From NCBI GenBank assembly GCA_965240325.2, contig OZ251226.1:1488001-1552000 (forward strand): 64,000 nt of DNA. Direction: 5' to 3'. Source of the DNA: Rebecca billardiae RCC1528. Its lineage: Eukaryota; Protista; Haptophyta. Position 1 is the first letter of the stretch, and each line of letters begins with the position of its first letter. The notes under the pieces are model-generated. The model searched no databases and was not told the DNA's origin. It saw nothing but the letters and a program-made list of their open reading frames with translations. Positions 56,401 through 64,000 of this stretch are shown here, piece by piece. The position numbers and the translations under genes were made by a program.

Positions 56401-57891
56401 GGCGAGCGAGCGGAGAGAGCCCGTGCTCGCGCTGCGCGCCCGTGGCGGCGGCGACCGAGCCGGCCACGGAGACTGCCGCCCGCTCGGGGAGCGCGCGAGC
56501 AACCGCAGCCCCGCCAGCCACGGCCGCGCGCTGCGCTCATCCGCGCGCGCGCCGCGCCACGAGTCCGCAGCCTCGTCCCGCGCGCGCTGCGCCGCGCGCC
56601 TGTCGAAGGCGTTCTCCGCGAGGGCGCGGAAGAAGAGCGCGTCCTCCGTGTCCAGCTCGTCCTCGAGCTCGGCGAGCCGCGCGCCGCTCGCCGCGTCGAG
56701 CGCCTGGCCCGCGCTGAGCGCCCGCAGCTTGCGCTCCCACAGACCCGTGTACTCGAGCCGAGCGGCGCGCCGCCGTGCGAGCGCCGCCCACGTGCGCCAC
56801 GGCCGCCGGTGGCGGGCTCGGTCCGAGAGGACCGCGCGCGCGCCGTACTGCCACCACGCGCGTGCATTCGACGCCACGCCTCGCACCGGCCGCAGCCGGC
56901 CGTACCGCTCGAGGAGGCCGAGGAACGCGAGGCGCGATGCGAGCGCCGTCATCTGCGCGCACTGCATGCTCGAGAGGGCGAGCTCGACCTCGGGCACAGC
57001 CGCGCCGACCACGCTCCACTGGCTCGGCGCGTCGCCGCCCGCCGCGCCCGCGAGCTCGAGCGCGCGGTCGGTCACCCGGCCGTCAGCACCGCGCGTGCTG
57101 CCGAGGCGCGAGCCGCCCGCACTCTGCAGGCTGAGGTCAGGCGGCACGCTCTGCACCCCGGCGCGCATGCGCGCGCGCACCGTCAGTGGGCGCAGCAGGT
57201 GGTCATCGCGGGCATCCGCCGTGCGAGCCTGCTGCGTGGCACACCAGTACATGGAGAGGGCAACGAGCTCGATGATTCGACGGGCGCGCGCCGGGTCCTC
57301 AGCGGGCGCGACGACCGCGGGGAGCCAGTCCGCGTCCGCGGTGGAGACGAAGAGCTCCTGCAGCCGCAGGCCGCATGCGAGCCCTTCCGAACCGGGGGGG
57401 CTCCTCGTGTGCACGTGCCTGATGTGCACGTTGCGCACGCGCACGCGCACGTTGGAGAGGATACGCGCGCCAAGCTGCCCCAGCCGCGACTCGCTCGCCC
57501 CGGCCCCGGCGGCCGGCGCTCGGCCCGACGCCAGCTCCGCGAGGTCGAGGAGCATGCGCTTGCGCAGCCGCTCACGGCGCTCGTGCTGCCGGCCGTCGAG
57601 CTCGACCTTCCCCTTCAGCCGCAGGTCGATCTCGATGTCCTCGACTGTCAGTACCACTGGCTCGCTCAGCAGGCGCGTCCACGGCACCTGCAGCCGGAGC
57701 CTGCCGATGCGCGAGCGTGACACGAGCACCGGGAGGCCGAGGAAGTCGAGGGCGTCAGCCGTGAGCTCGAACGCCTCGAGCTCGAGGTGGCCCGTCCATA
57801 CCCCGAACTTGAGCCGCTGATGCGCGAGATCGCGAATGTACGCGCCGAGGTACTTCGCGAGGAGGTCTGCCAGCAGTCCCTCGCCCCACAT
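47434..57891 (-). CDS. VPS13: VPS13-family bridge-like lipid transfer protein (~3485 aa; 3' end uncertain)
   Basis: Chorein-N: EGLLADLLAKYLGAYIRDL...LKFGVWTGHLEL...IGRLRLQVPWTRLLSEPVVLTVEDI. ARAWWQYG motif. VAB/SHR-BD-like PPLRITNALP and PFQLSNRS...YAWDEP. C-terminal QVDNEL..YPVLL. Confidence 0.88.
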   Translation of the reverse strand: MWGEGLLADLLAKYLGAYIRDLAHQRLKFGVWTGHLELEAFELTADALDFLGLPVLVSRSRIGRLRLQVPWTRLLSEPVVLTVEDIEIDLRLKGKVELDGRQHERRERLRKRMLLDLAELASGRAPAAGAGASESRLGQLGARILSNVRVRVRNVHIRHVHTRSPPGSEGLACGLRLQELFVSTADADWLPAVVAPAEDPARARRIIELVALSMYWCATQQARTADARDDHLLRPLTVRARMRAGVQSVPPDLSLQSAGGSRLGSTRGADGRVTDRALELAGAAGGDAPSQWSVVGAAVPEVELALSSMQCAQMTALASRLAFLGLLERYGRLRPVRGVASNARAWWQYGARAVLSDRARHRRPWRTWAALARRRAARLEYTGLWERKLRALSAGQALDAASGARLAELEDELDTEDALFFRALAENAFDRRAAQRARDEAADSWRGARADERSARPWLAGLRLLARSPSGRQSPWPARSPPPRARSASTGSLRSLASGAALSTRRSDAQLELLGAAQPGRAAAVAHALLGAAPEAERGEGGEGGEDGGDDGSEVYWPFADARSTYSESSDDALCDDFEDARSELHGAAEGAQRAGGFSQLRAGGPPPGAAGALLGEDVTEAERRVLRLALGDTMAASAGGSQSLAAGVAVPPTRTLAELLVARVSLTLVHARPAAPSAIPLAELVASGLALASVSSADGTSGACAHAAHVELRDVLSARTPHRLLVEPRAPPGAEPRAARPALALTSATTAAAADATAGRGGRSDTDPSARAVGGDAARGTSLRSHTDLELAPVCVVVHARLWARLASAFVGGEAEAVQPDEHVDGVAVVDVEDEVRAINALESLRARMRAKLELLLRPELRDEASVRVLLRAPLLLLPADVCDERSDALLLELAELELSSAPNALHPSELDELAPTPGAAVEPGAGLGCAPDPELARLLTELYRHQELSARALRLAVERGGAGGGRTRVTLVQPFDAHVHVETSLLTADDTFTRTRAALAAQRVDVTLAAGALPRLCALASALAAALDGSAADSASPARSAGAGPGPGSSSSASPPSLSTSLRRMSSGLPGSLGALPPSAPSAHPAPPQGRRARSTRLASAPLAPAQQLEAAGETPRRETIGRARAASYRRGEETGACAGPGGARGAAAAAAELDADARRSAQLLMHACVQIGVLSVSMRGAELDGGSRTPAGDQLPAGPLAAMELRGCRVEVAQGHRETSARLGVRAVHVEAGGAPERARGVRALPPPPPTALVISAPTPGLLSGRDAVAAPGVPRGASPAGRRAAWDGPQCALEHALGAHCKGSACALDAQLGVGDVRVICEPRTLVHVITQLSVELQSASTEPQAASALSAGASGLSPGGAQPGGDRAAPPPAAGPNAGEDAPLAMAAGLSVSSLDVELWHDAMPGPRALLRLGARSMAVTVGTSPDASDDAAAGTGHLSAALGEAAVYSRVASGDGDGERAAEGAAPAWCLARVAAAGHDDDLVDGARVSCVVDSAMAIRSARVELGSSSVDLHPDALRAGREWYREALDAAQELDGTARAGADAHDVDRRLAPAERGSGVPSGSSPQQLGSSGSSGMPPRAAVELALASRAVRITWHSAAAVSCSPEAADGQCSVTLSSRVQLHLTMPASDSDAPPSGELHLPDLGATVHADSGVAEMLRPLQVRLAFGDIDTSSARLLDAGTLAVQAVVGTVAVHASKQTIGAAWRACAWFPEAIGATSSEQAPAEGGLNNPHAVSATPAAVAGSLHCSGVAIFLEAGDRDDIGLSMHAHDLELELRSVALAQPLATVTANADAGVPVLMTVDLRAAALHVADGSPSTSAAFRYPINVRPRAEPGQQTSSAALRVHCSVTIAGCTPSTVVSCTLGTVHCALAVRQVDRLGGLVADALLLSDAAGAAPAPAAASSSEAPVGDGAPCEVFEEATALHMEIDASEVLLVAGACEGEELATSAKVCTAALALNLRATARSSSGGDCLYSFESAVQVQRVSVADLADQFEATGSPSAQQSTATYLNDRICLVLRGQWDDLVLADAARIDLRLHSGEIDLRCAPQDTLPLALLAGQVQLALNELDLSWLPESSRPQPAVSAESMSFSCDVVKFTLLDRGRAPPIQLAQASATGLRADIRNWSALDGVDASMSVSLAFAVFANAPPPTTETRPGSTTPDARHHGLGLVEWRPLTVFEGWPINLKLSGATTAITATAPLSMSVSGEMLGSLRMAFAEAASNRGSGARLSGSVVTNHTGVAMEVWTHAALPRALPPGSSLCLDRDDPTVSPDQASAGSFTVQLAGFDELLVPLAIGARVLPLRPRMDPSGGAPRSDMIAWLYVRCTAEYGGRAVHVSSMVRVLNCTDVEFDMTLSGSSPATPMFASVLPPHSSVSLPPLVCRTRGGVLLLRRAGASNSPHGNVRLPTDVESLGRHLGAASAFTCGPSTFYLHVNCDVHANQFHRAFSMRIEPPLRITNALPVDMRVRFSDGDEALACWLGAGESRGFHDKRALHPRTKLSIAVHDDAESETSEATVLLSVDRAEPLERVAPVDGPKESVTRSDGTSSFSLFASGTPQSPLDVSEGACTAIRERLAPADDRLPPLAAIITARRSSAPPPRVGETAGHAQPASSSQTLVVRVSCDICVFNQSGLTLEYAAELDGRPVAVSALGGLAAARPDPWPGLIELLRAGTPSLRKEWAELGEHHGRNMRPLRGVIEHDRLQLHWRLRGQCAWSKLSIAAEAGARAGITLEADDGVRHDVRMSIAALDKDASDGDLVLLIAPSVIFLNCTRMPLRLHRCSRATGTLLQAQEPAVARASCSLLPPADTHEGDAALWVSPAGHARLESDSPQEHSFRLEALDGSNACATSGVFRVSRWAAPSQAQRHTLRLRSRGDAVSGRAHLLSLSVHALEAFATAAIVLSEQQASSAPFQLSNRSAYSLRFRQRPSPLSPSPQWETLAAHSTMAYAWDEPLARPRLLEVTGLPYGDIEGLGPENISEPSPASARSLAVWFLPSGKPSASAVATYALDNPGSIAHPISLSHTTTLQAKMRYVGIVRCLELSPSLPSTGLQQSRQLLGAASAGALSRQLRWDRGSIRNLLVLPTRGPGAGEGASTSVTEVEWEILVSIRQVAVTLVTTIAPGQWADSALATSSSAPDLEALGRRATAPTLRPDSSASVMSSRGKSTELLLAVVGGVTFSWSGRAGGVEDIDLTLRYVQVDNELVPCKYPVLLRRSHAGPDPLAHVRASMVRPAVTAAMAPGPSPPLVLEEASVRVQQLELCVEMKLLSALWTLVTAAGMGDTSDHATGGLHDGSTPHQYGEHQPMRAATPSDTNFPTIIHELERLHRAGVFDGALYIHQLVVHPLRVNLTVELNLGEDGETELRRRVLAAIGSAGVGQQRAPLRLPALRVSSASMLPDALVGRIIEHVSHGLSSELIYKLAVGALVRHLLGMLSLRHSGAVVPPPRPTPPDPPRRVLRSTAANIGGPAAGSMLAAD

Positions 57892-58086
57892 CGCCCCGAT
57901 CGACGGCCGAGATGGCGCTCTACAGTCTACACTGACCACCGCAGCACTTGTTCACCAAGCCCGGCATCGTTGTCCGGGGAGGGGCCTCCCCTGTCCGGCG
58001 GTCGGTCGTTGGTCTGGTCTGGGTCTCAAGTGTGGGCGCGGGAGCGCGGCACCGCCGCGACGGGGCCGCGCTCTCTGGTGGAAAGG

Positions 58087-59703
58087 ATGGCGTTGCCGCC
58101 GCCACGCAGGCGGAGCAGCCTCCGTACCTCCTTCTCAGTTCTCACCGCGGCTCCAGAGGCGCGCGACGAGGACATCGAACGGCTCTTCCGCAAACTCGAC
58201 CGCGACGGAAGCGGCCACATCGACGCAGCCGAGCTGCTCGATGGCTTGCGCACCCTGGGCGTCCCCGGAGGGCGAGGTGCCGTCGAGAAGCTCTTGGCTC
58301 GCATCGATCTCAATGATGATGGCCACGTGAGTCTCAGCGAGTTCAAGGCCTTCGTGCAGTCGCGCACTCGCGAGATCGAGAGCACGTGGCACACGCTCTG
58401 CTCAGGCAAGACGCACGTGAGCTCGAACGACGTGCGCATCGGGATCGAGCGGCTGGGGCTCACGATATCCGACCAACAGCTGCGAAATGTGATGGCCGAT
58501 CTGGATCGCGACGGCGACGGCTCCGTCTCATTCGCCGAGTTTCAGCACTGCCTGATGCTGCTCCCCGACGTCAACCCACGCGCCGTGTTCGACCACTTTG
58601 TGGACGTTGTCCCCATCGACATGGGAGGCGGCTTCGACAGCGTGGTCAAGGACGTGCACCGCGGTGCAGACGCGGACACTGCTGAGAAAGCACATGTGAA
58701 GCTCACAGCGGGTGCTATCGCCGGAGCCGTGTCCAGGACCGTATCAGCGCCGCTGGAGCGCGTGCGCGCGCGCATGCAGGCCAACACACGGCGCAGCATG
58801 CTCAGTGTATGCAGAGACATCTGGTCGGAAGGAGGGCCGCGCGGGTTCATGCGCGGCAACACAGTGCACTGCGTCAAGATCGCGCCAGAGACTGCCATAC
58901 GCACGGTGCTCTTCGACGTCTTCAAGCAAGCACTCGCAAGCGACCCCGACAACGTCGAGGTGCACGAGCGTTTCGTGTCAGGCGCGGCGGCGGGCGCAGG
59001 CGGCCACGTGCTTGTGTACCCCTTGGAGATGGTCAAGACGCGCATCACCGTGAGCAGCTCGAATGCGTATCAAAGCGCAGTTGATTGCCTGTCCACGACG
59101 GTGCGCAACGAGGGCTGGCGTGCGCTGTACAAAGGCCTCACCCCCTCGCTGCTGGGCATGGTGCCGTACGCTGGGATCGAGCTGAGCGCCAACTCGTTTC
59201 TGGCCGAGCACGTGAGCGGCCTGTACGCGACGCGCAACAAAGAGCCCGACATCTCGGCGATGCTTGGCTGCGGGATGGTGCGCGCATGGTGCTCGCCGCA
59301 CTCCTGCTCGCTTATCCGCGTGCCCGGACCACAACTCGCGGCGAGCTTTGATGCTGATCGCGCCTGCCATGTGCCTGCCCGCGTGCGCGACCGTTTGTTT
59401 CTCTCACAGCTCTCGAGCGCCTTCGCGATGACCTTCACGTACCCTCTCAATGTGGTCCGCACGCGGCTTCAAATGAGCGGCACTCCCGGCATGCCTGAGT
59501 ACGCTTCTGTCACCGACTGTCTGCGACGGACTGTTGAAACCGAGGGCGCCCTGGGCTTGTACCGTGGCTTCCTTCCAAACATGATCAAGGTGCTGCCTGC
59601 GGCAAGTGTCTCTTGTGCCGTCTATGAACAGCTCAATGGGCTCGGTCAGCGGAGGATCAAGGAAAGGACGATGAGCAGCTCGCAGATGAGCCAGAAGTCG
59701 TGA
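58087..59703 (+). CDS. Calcium-binding mitochondrial carrier (SCaMC / ATP-Mg-Pi carrier, SLC25A23-25-like); join(58087..59277, 59410..59703), ~494 aa
   Basis: EF hands DRDGSGHIDAAE, DLNDDGHVSLSE, DRDGDGSVSFAE. Three carrier repeats PLERVRARMQ, PLEMVKTRI, PLNVVRTRLQ. In-frame intron GTGCGC...TCACAG at 59278-59409. Confidence 0.92.
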   Translation: MALPPPRRRSSLRTSFSVLTAAPEARDEDIERLFRKLDRDGSGHIDAAELLDGLRTLGVPGGRGAVEKLLARIDLNDDGHVSLSEFKAFVQSRTREIESTWHTLCSGKTHVSSNDVRIGIERLGLTISDQQLRNVMADLDRDGDGSVSFAEFQHCLMLLPDVNPRAVFDHFVDVVPIDMGGGFDSVVKDVHRGADADTAEKAHVKLTAGAIAGAVSRTVSAPLERVRARMQANTRRSMLSVCRDIWSEGGPRGFMRGNTVHCVKIAPETAIRTVLFDVFKQALASDPDNVEVHERFVSGAAAGAGGHVLVYPLEMVKTRITVSSSNAYQSAVDCLSTTVRNEGWRALYKGLTPSLLGMVPYAGIELSANSFLAEHVSGLYATRNKEPDISAMLGCGMVRAWCSPHSCSLIRVPGPQLAASFDADRACHVPARVRDRLFLSQLSSAFAMTFTYPLNVVRTRLQMSGTPGMPEYASVTDCLRRTVETEGALGLYRGFLPNMIKVLPAASVSCAVYEQLNGLGQRRIKERTMSSSQMSQKS

Positions 59704-59714
59704 CGAAGCCTTGC

Positions 59715-59925
59715 AGATGCTAGCGGCTAACTAGCTAGCTGCTGATGAATAAGCCTTGCAGATGCTAGTAGCAGCTAGCAGTCGCAGCAGCTAGCTAGCT
59801 AGCTAGCTAGTTACACTAGTAGTAGTACTGCTAGTTATTAAGGCTAGTAGCTGCTGGCTACTCATACGGCGCGGTATACATCATAATATCATCAGCATCG
59901 TCATAGAATATATATATATATATAC
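59715..59925. repeat. Low-complexity (TAGC)n, (TAG)n and (TA)n tract between convergent genes
   Basis: ctagctagctagctagctag, agtagtagta, atatatatatatata. Confidence 0.8.
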
Positions 59926-60035
59926 TAACAATCACACTGACCGGATGACACTGCGCGCCGTTAGCTAGCTACCTTAGTAGCTTACTCGTCGTCTGCTCAA
60001 TGTTGATGCTGCCTTTAACTTGGCCGAATGGCCGA

Positions 60036-60596
60036 TCACGGTAGCTCAAACTCATCATCGAGATCCTCTTCATCGCCAGCATCCTCGTCTCCATCGAGCA
60101 GTTGGTGCGCGCTGAATGTCCCAATGCGTGTGAGCTCTTTGCCTTGGGCCGTCTCAACAATGCAATCCTTCATTCTCAGCGGCACGCCATCCTCTTCATT
60201 GGCCAAGTCGTTAGCTGCGCCAGCAGGCTGCGCATCGGTGATGCGGCCGCTGTAGTACAGGTCATTGCCGAAGAGGAAGCAAGGCTGCTTGACGACGACG
60301 ACATCCTCGCGGGAGCACCATGTTCCTTCCATTTCGTGATTTGAGAATGTGGAGGTCCCGTCCTGCCGGAGCTCCCACGAGAACAGCGTACGAGCGCCTT
60401 CGTCGAGGTGAAGCAACACGGACCAACGCGTGCGCGCTAGTCGACCCTGCACATCATCGAGCGAAGAGCTCGCGCCCGCGCGACAGATCCGCGAAACTCG
60501 TCGGGTATCGGCTCGGCCTGGGCCTGAAAGGGGCGTTCGAACTCCAGGAGGACGGACCGCTGCTGCAGCGAGCGCGAAGAGCCAGGCCGCCGACAT
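60036..60596 (-). CDS. Hypothetical protein with putative signal plus transit peptide and acidic tail (possibly plastid-targeted)
   Basis: MSAAWLFALAAAAVRPPGVRTPLSGPGRADTRRVSRICRAG, then a beta-rich region and DGDEDAGDEEDLDDEFELP. Confidence 0.6.
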   Translation of the reverse strand: MSAAWLFALAAAAVRPPGVRTPLSGPGRADTRRVSRICRAGASSSLDDVQGRLARTRWSVLLHLDEGARTLFSWELRQDGTSTFSNHEMEGTWCSREDVVVVKQPCFLFGNDLYYSGRITDAQPAGAANDLANEEDGVPLRMKDCIVETAQGKELTRIGTFSAHQLLDGDEDAGDEEDLDDEFELP

Positions 60597-60672
60597 GAAG
60601 GTGGTCCCCATCTTTATGCCGCGGCTGATTTTCACCTGAACTATTTATTTTGCGCCCCAAAGGCCGCACGCC

Positions 60673-62451
60673 ATGATGCGCCAGTTCGTGGCGCAGCAGG
60701 TTTCCGCAGAGGACGTGGGCGAGGCGGCGCTCAAGGGGCGCAGCGCGGCGAACTACCTGCACCAGGCCATTCACTACGCCGCGGGCGCCCGAGCAGACGA
60801 CATCCTCTTGCCGATCTCGCGTGGCTATCGCTGGTATCCCGCTGGCACTGCTTATTGTGCGCAGTGGCAGGATCCCGACCCAGCAGTTGATGCGCACCGT
60901 GCGGCTGGCGGGAAGGGGGCCGTGGTGACCCTCGCCCGGAGCGTGGACGAGACGCCGGTCGTTGCACTCGCGCGTGCAGACTCGACCCAGGCCGAGATCT
61001 GGCGCAAGGATGCGCTCGTCAAGGTCGTCGAGGCCCCAGGCACCATTCGGGCACTCAGCTGGTCTCAAGACGACGGCACCGTGGTTGGCGACGGTGATGT
61101 CAAACTGCTTGCGTTGGCGACGACACTTGGCGCTGCCTTCGTTAGCGTCGGTCCAGAGATGCTCAACGGCGCAGCCTCCGACGCGAGCCATGCGATCGTG
61201 CTCGAGCCGCGCCGGCCGGTGCTCGCGATGTGCTGGTTTGGCGCACCGGATCAGCGACAGCTGGCAGTGGGCATGGGCGAGGACGACGGAACGAGCACGG
61301 TGCACATCTATGCGCCCACGACGCCTGCTTCATCCGCACGCGTCATCCGCGTGGCCACGGGCACGGTTCGGGCGCTTGCACCCTTGCCAGGTGGCCAGTG
61401 GCTCGCCTGCGCAGTGAGCCCGACACACGTGCGGATTCGGCCTGCGGCCTCGCTCCACGCCGACCTGCTGGCGCCGACGCGAGATGGCGAGTCGTGCGCG
61501 GCGCTACACGGCATCGCATCGCGTGGTGGCACCGGGTGCCCATCCGTGTCCCCGTCCTCGCCAGGGAGCAGCGAGCAGGCCGAGTGCATCGACCTGCGCG
61601 GCCAAATACGCGCGACGAGTGCGGGTGCATCGAGCTTGAGCTCTCATCCGCTCTTCAACCTGGCCATCGGCGAGGCGGATCGAGGCGGGCTGGATGCAGC
61701 ACGTTGCCTACCGGCGCAAGGTACTCAGCCGAGTGGCGCGGCGCGCGGCGCCGAGCTGCTCCTGCTTCCGACAGCCGCCGACAGCGGAGACACGTCGCTG
61801 GTCGACTACGACTTTGACGCGGAAATCACCAATCCCAATCAGCTCGCGTGCGCGCGCGTGCACAGCGCGCACAGTTGGGTGATCTGCGTTGGAAGCTCAA
61901 CGAGCAGCTGTGTGCATCTGCTTGAGCTCAGCCCAGGCCAACCTTGCGTTGCTGGCGCCGCCCTGCGACTGCCGGCGAACCATGTCTGCCACGGCCTTGC
62001 ATGGCGAAGCAGTGCGGAGATGCTGGTGCTCGCGACGAGCCTCGTGGAGGCTCCCCCGCCCTTCTACAACCCGCCGGTGGCCCGATGCGACATGACACTC
62101 ATCACCCATCGCATCGAGCTCGATGAACGCCTTCCTGCCAGTGCAACCAGCTCGCATGCAGCCGATGCGTCGAGCGCGGCCAAGGCAGCGGCATCGAAGC
62201 TGGCAGCACGCGTCCCAACCGAGGCCATCAAGACGGCAACGACGACGACACACGCCACGCGTGCTCTGCGGGCGGCCACGCTGCCTGCGCCGTCCACATC
62301 CGACCTCGAGGCTATTTCGACGAAGATGCTCGCCCTCGCAAGCGCGTATGGCGTGGATCTCACCCTTGCGGGCACCCGCCGCCCCATGGTGAGCGTCGCA
62401 GAGTCTGAGGATGGCATCACCTTCACTATCCAGATCCAGAAGCATCATTGA
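60673..62451 (+). CDS. Hypothetical protein, probable WD40-like beta-propeller
   Basis: 592-aa ORF with blade-like motifs IRALSWSQDDG, VLAMCWFG...QLAVGMGEDDG..VHIY, VRALAPLPGGQWLACA, CHGLAWRSS. Confidence 0.6.
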   Translation: MMRQFVAQQVSAEDVGEAALKGRSAANYLHQAIHYAAGARADDILLPISRGYRWYPAGTAYCAQWQDPDPAVDAHRAAGGKGAVVTLARSVDETPVVALARADSTQAEIWRKDALVKVVEAPGTIRALSWSQDDGTVVGDGDVKLLALATTLGAAFVSVGPEMLNGAASDASHAIVLEPRRPVLAMCWFGAPDQRQLAVGMGEDDGTSTVHIYAPTTPASSARVIRVATGTVRALAPLPGGQWLACAVSPTHVRIRPAASLHADLLAPTRDGESCAALHGIASRGGTGCPSVSPSSPGSSEQAECIDLRGQIRATSAGASSLSSHPLFNLAIGEADRGGLDAARCLPAQGTQPSGAARGAELLLLPTAADSGDTSLVDYDFDAEITNPNQLACARVHSAHSWVICVGSSTSSCVHLLELSPGQPCVAGAALRLPANHVCHGLAWRSSAEMLVLATSLVEAPPPFYNPPVARCDMTLITHRIELDERLPASATSSHAADASSAAKAAASKLAARVPTEAIKTATTTTHATRALRAATLPAPSTSDLEAISTKMLALASAYGVDLTLAGTRRPMVSVAESEDGITFTIQIQKHH

Positions 62452-63435
62452 TATGACCGCGTGCCGCGCGGTCCTTTTTCGTCAGAACCAACGCAGTTGG
62501 GGGCCCGCGGTGGCCGTGCACTCATCCGTCGCAGTTCATGAATCGTCGGCGGACTACGTTCGCATTCTCACGACTCTCACTCACTCTCTGCAGTCAGATA
62601 TCTCAACTCTCCGCCGACTCAGACCGCGCCCCGAACGGCCATACGCCCGGGCGTCGTCAGCCCGCAAGTTCCGGGCGCGCGGGCCAGAGGCAGAGGCAGA
62701 GCCCCACGGCCTGACGACTCGGTGACAGACTCCGCCGACGGTCCGGCCGAATCACTCAGTGAGTGACTCGTCATCAGAGTCTGCCACTGATGATCTGATC
62801 CGACCAGTCTGCCGGACGTAGTCACACACCGTTCGGGCTCAGATCACCCGAGGACTGATCGGCGGGAAGTGCTTAGGGGCGGGAATGCTTAGGAATGCTC
62901 TCCGAGCTGCAGCCGCTCACGCAGCTCGGCCGCCTGCGCGAGCCTGGAGCATAGCACAACGGCCTGGCGCACGGCACAACGGGCTCCCTGCGGCTCGTCA
63001 CTCGTGACACCCTGGATCGCGACCTTTGTCTGTAGCCTCGCCGCCGCGGCGCCGCGGTGCTATGCTGTCGACCGACGGCCCGCAGGGCGAGGGCGACTGC
63101 GAGCACGGGCGAGAGGGGAGCACGGCATCGCCCGTAGCAGATGCCACCTCGCCATCGTCGCGGGGCTCGCCGCTCGCAGATCAGCCTGTTGCTCTCGTGT
63201 CAGGCATCTGTCGTGCCCATCAGTGCTAGAGCCGCACAGAGCGCGGCTCGCGCGCCAAATGCCCACCCATGCGCCAGTCAAGCCGTCGAGACTCGAGACA
63301 GCTCGGATGCGGCGGACGAGAGCAAAATAGATGTGCGCGCGCCGCGGAGTCCAGCTCGTGCTGCGAAGACTCGCCCAGCCTCGCCGCCCGCAGATCTGCG
63401 CGCGCTACTTCGGCCGCGCTGCATCCAAGGAGACT

Positions 63436-64000
63436 TTAAAAATCCACATGTTCCGAACGACGATGGGCCGTACCGCGTACGTGTGGCATGCTGCCCGCCC
63501 TCTTGTATGCACGCATCGCATTCTCATCGCCACGGCCAGCCCCGAAATCCATGGCTGGGACCGCCGACAAAGCAGCTGCGGCAATGCCGACGGTCACAAT
63601 GGTGGAGTATGATAGGAATCCCACGCGCAGCTCGGAATTGTGCTTTCGCCGCTGAACACCCGCCGTGACTGCCAGCACGAGTCCCAGCACTCGGGTGAGG
63701 TGAGGGACGCGTCGGAGGCCAGGCAACCCCAAAGCATCAGGGTCCATGAGCACCAGCACCACGAAAGGCCATGCCACCTTGGCGGCACGGCCCACCTTCT
63801 TCGAGTTCCGCATGCCCACTCGCGCGGCATCTCGCGACGATGGCGATGATCCAGCATCACTTGCAGGACTGTCCTCGTCTGCCAACAAGCGTCGCAATTG
63901 CCGGCGTCGCACGCCAGCCACGATGGCCAACGCGAGCGCAAGCACGCGGGCGAAATGAGGCATGCGACGAAGCCCAGGCAGGCCCATAGCATCCTGGTCG
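63436..64000 (-). CDS. Possible 3' end of a membrane-protein gene starting beyond the window
   Basis: Frame is open to the right edge, has hydrophobic segments, and carries an internally duplicated ~35-aa peptide conserved at protein level. Confidence 0.4.
   Translation of the reverse strand, partial: DQDAMGLPGLRRMPHFARVLALALAIVAGVRRRQLRRLLADEDSPASDAGSSPSSRDAARVGMRNSKKVGRAAKVAWPFVVLVLMDPDALGLPGLRRVPHLTRVLGLVLAVTAGVQRRKHNSELRVGFLSYSTIVTVGIAAAALSAVPAMDFGAGRGDENAMRAYKRAGSMPHVRGTAHRRSEHVDF

Noticed and set aside
43559-57820. Plus-strand ORFs of 444, 395, 354, 885, 924 and 479 aa
   Set aside because: Low-complexity shadows of the minus-strand p25-like and VPS13 genes.
62460-63430. Short ORFs and GACTC/GAGTC-rich motifs downstream of the WD40-like gene
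   Set aside because: No consistent period, terminal repeats or recognisable protein; treated as intergenic.

Overview
High-GC eukaryotic genomic DNA with short GT-AG introns; a haptophyte-like alga is my inference. About 60% of the window is one giant minus-strand gene that the ORF track misses because its frame has no stop before the left edge. It starts at ATG 38617, has two predicted introns (37220-37339, 78-198) and encodes at least ~12,790 aa. N- to C-terminal order: 6TM K+ channel with an ITSMGYG filter, C-linker/CNBD, poly-Gly, ~9 ankyrin repeats, 17 in-frame tandem LOV-RGS-LOV units (34 LOV domains, all with GRNCRFLQG, and 17 RGS-like domains), then a second 6TM channel with a degenerate filter and a CNBD, continuing off the window. 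It is a candidate natural blue-light-regulated ion channel carrying a very large flavin photosensor array. Upstream lie a young gag-only LTR retroelement (identical 312-bp LTRs, ACGGT target-site duplication), a p25/EF-hand-like gene, VPS13, a Ca2+-binding SLC25 carrier, two hypothetical genes and a possible partial ORF at the right edge. No CRISPR array, rRNA or tRNA was recognised.
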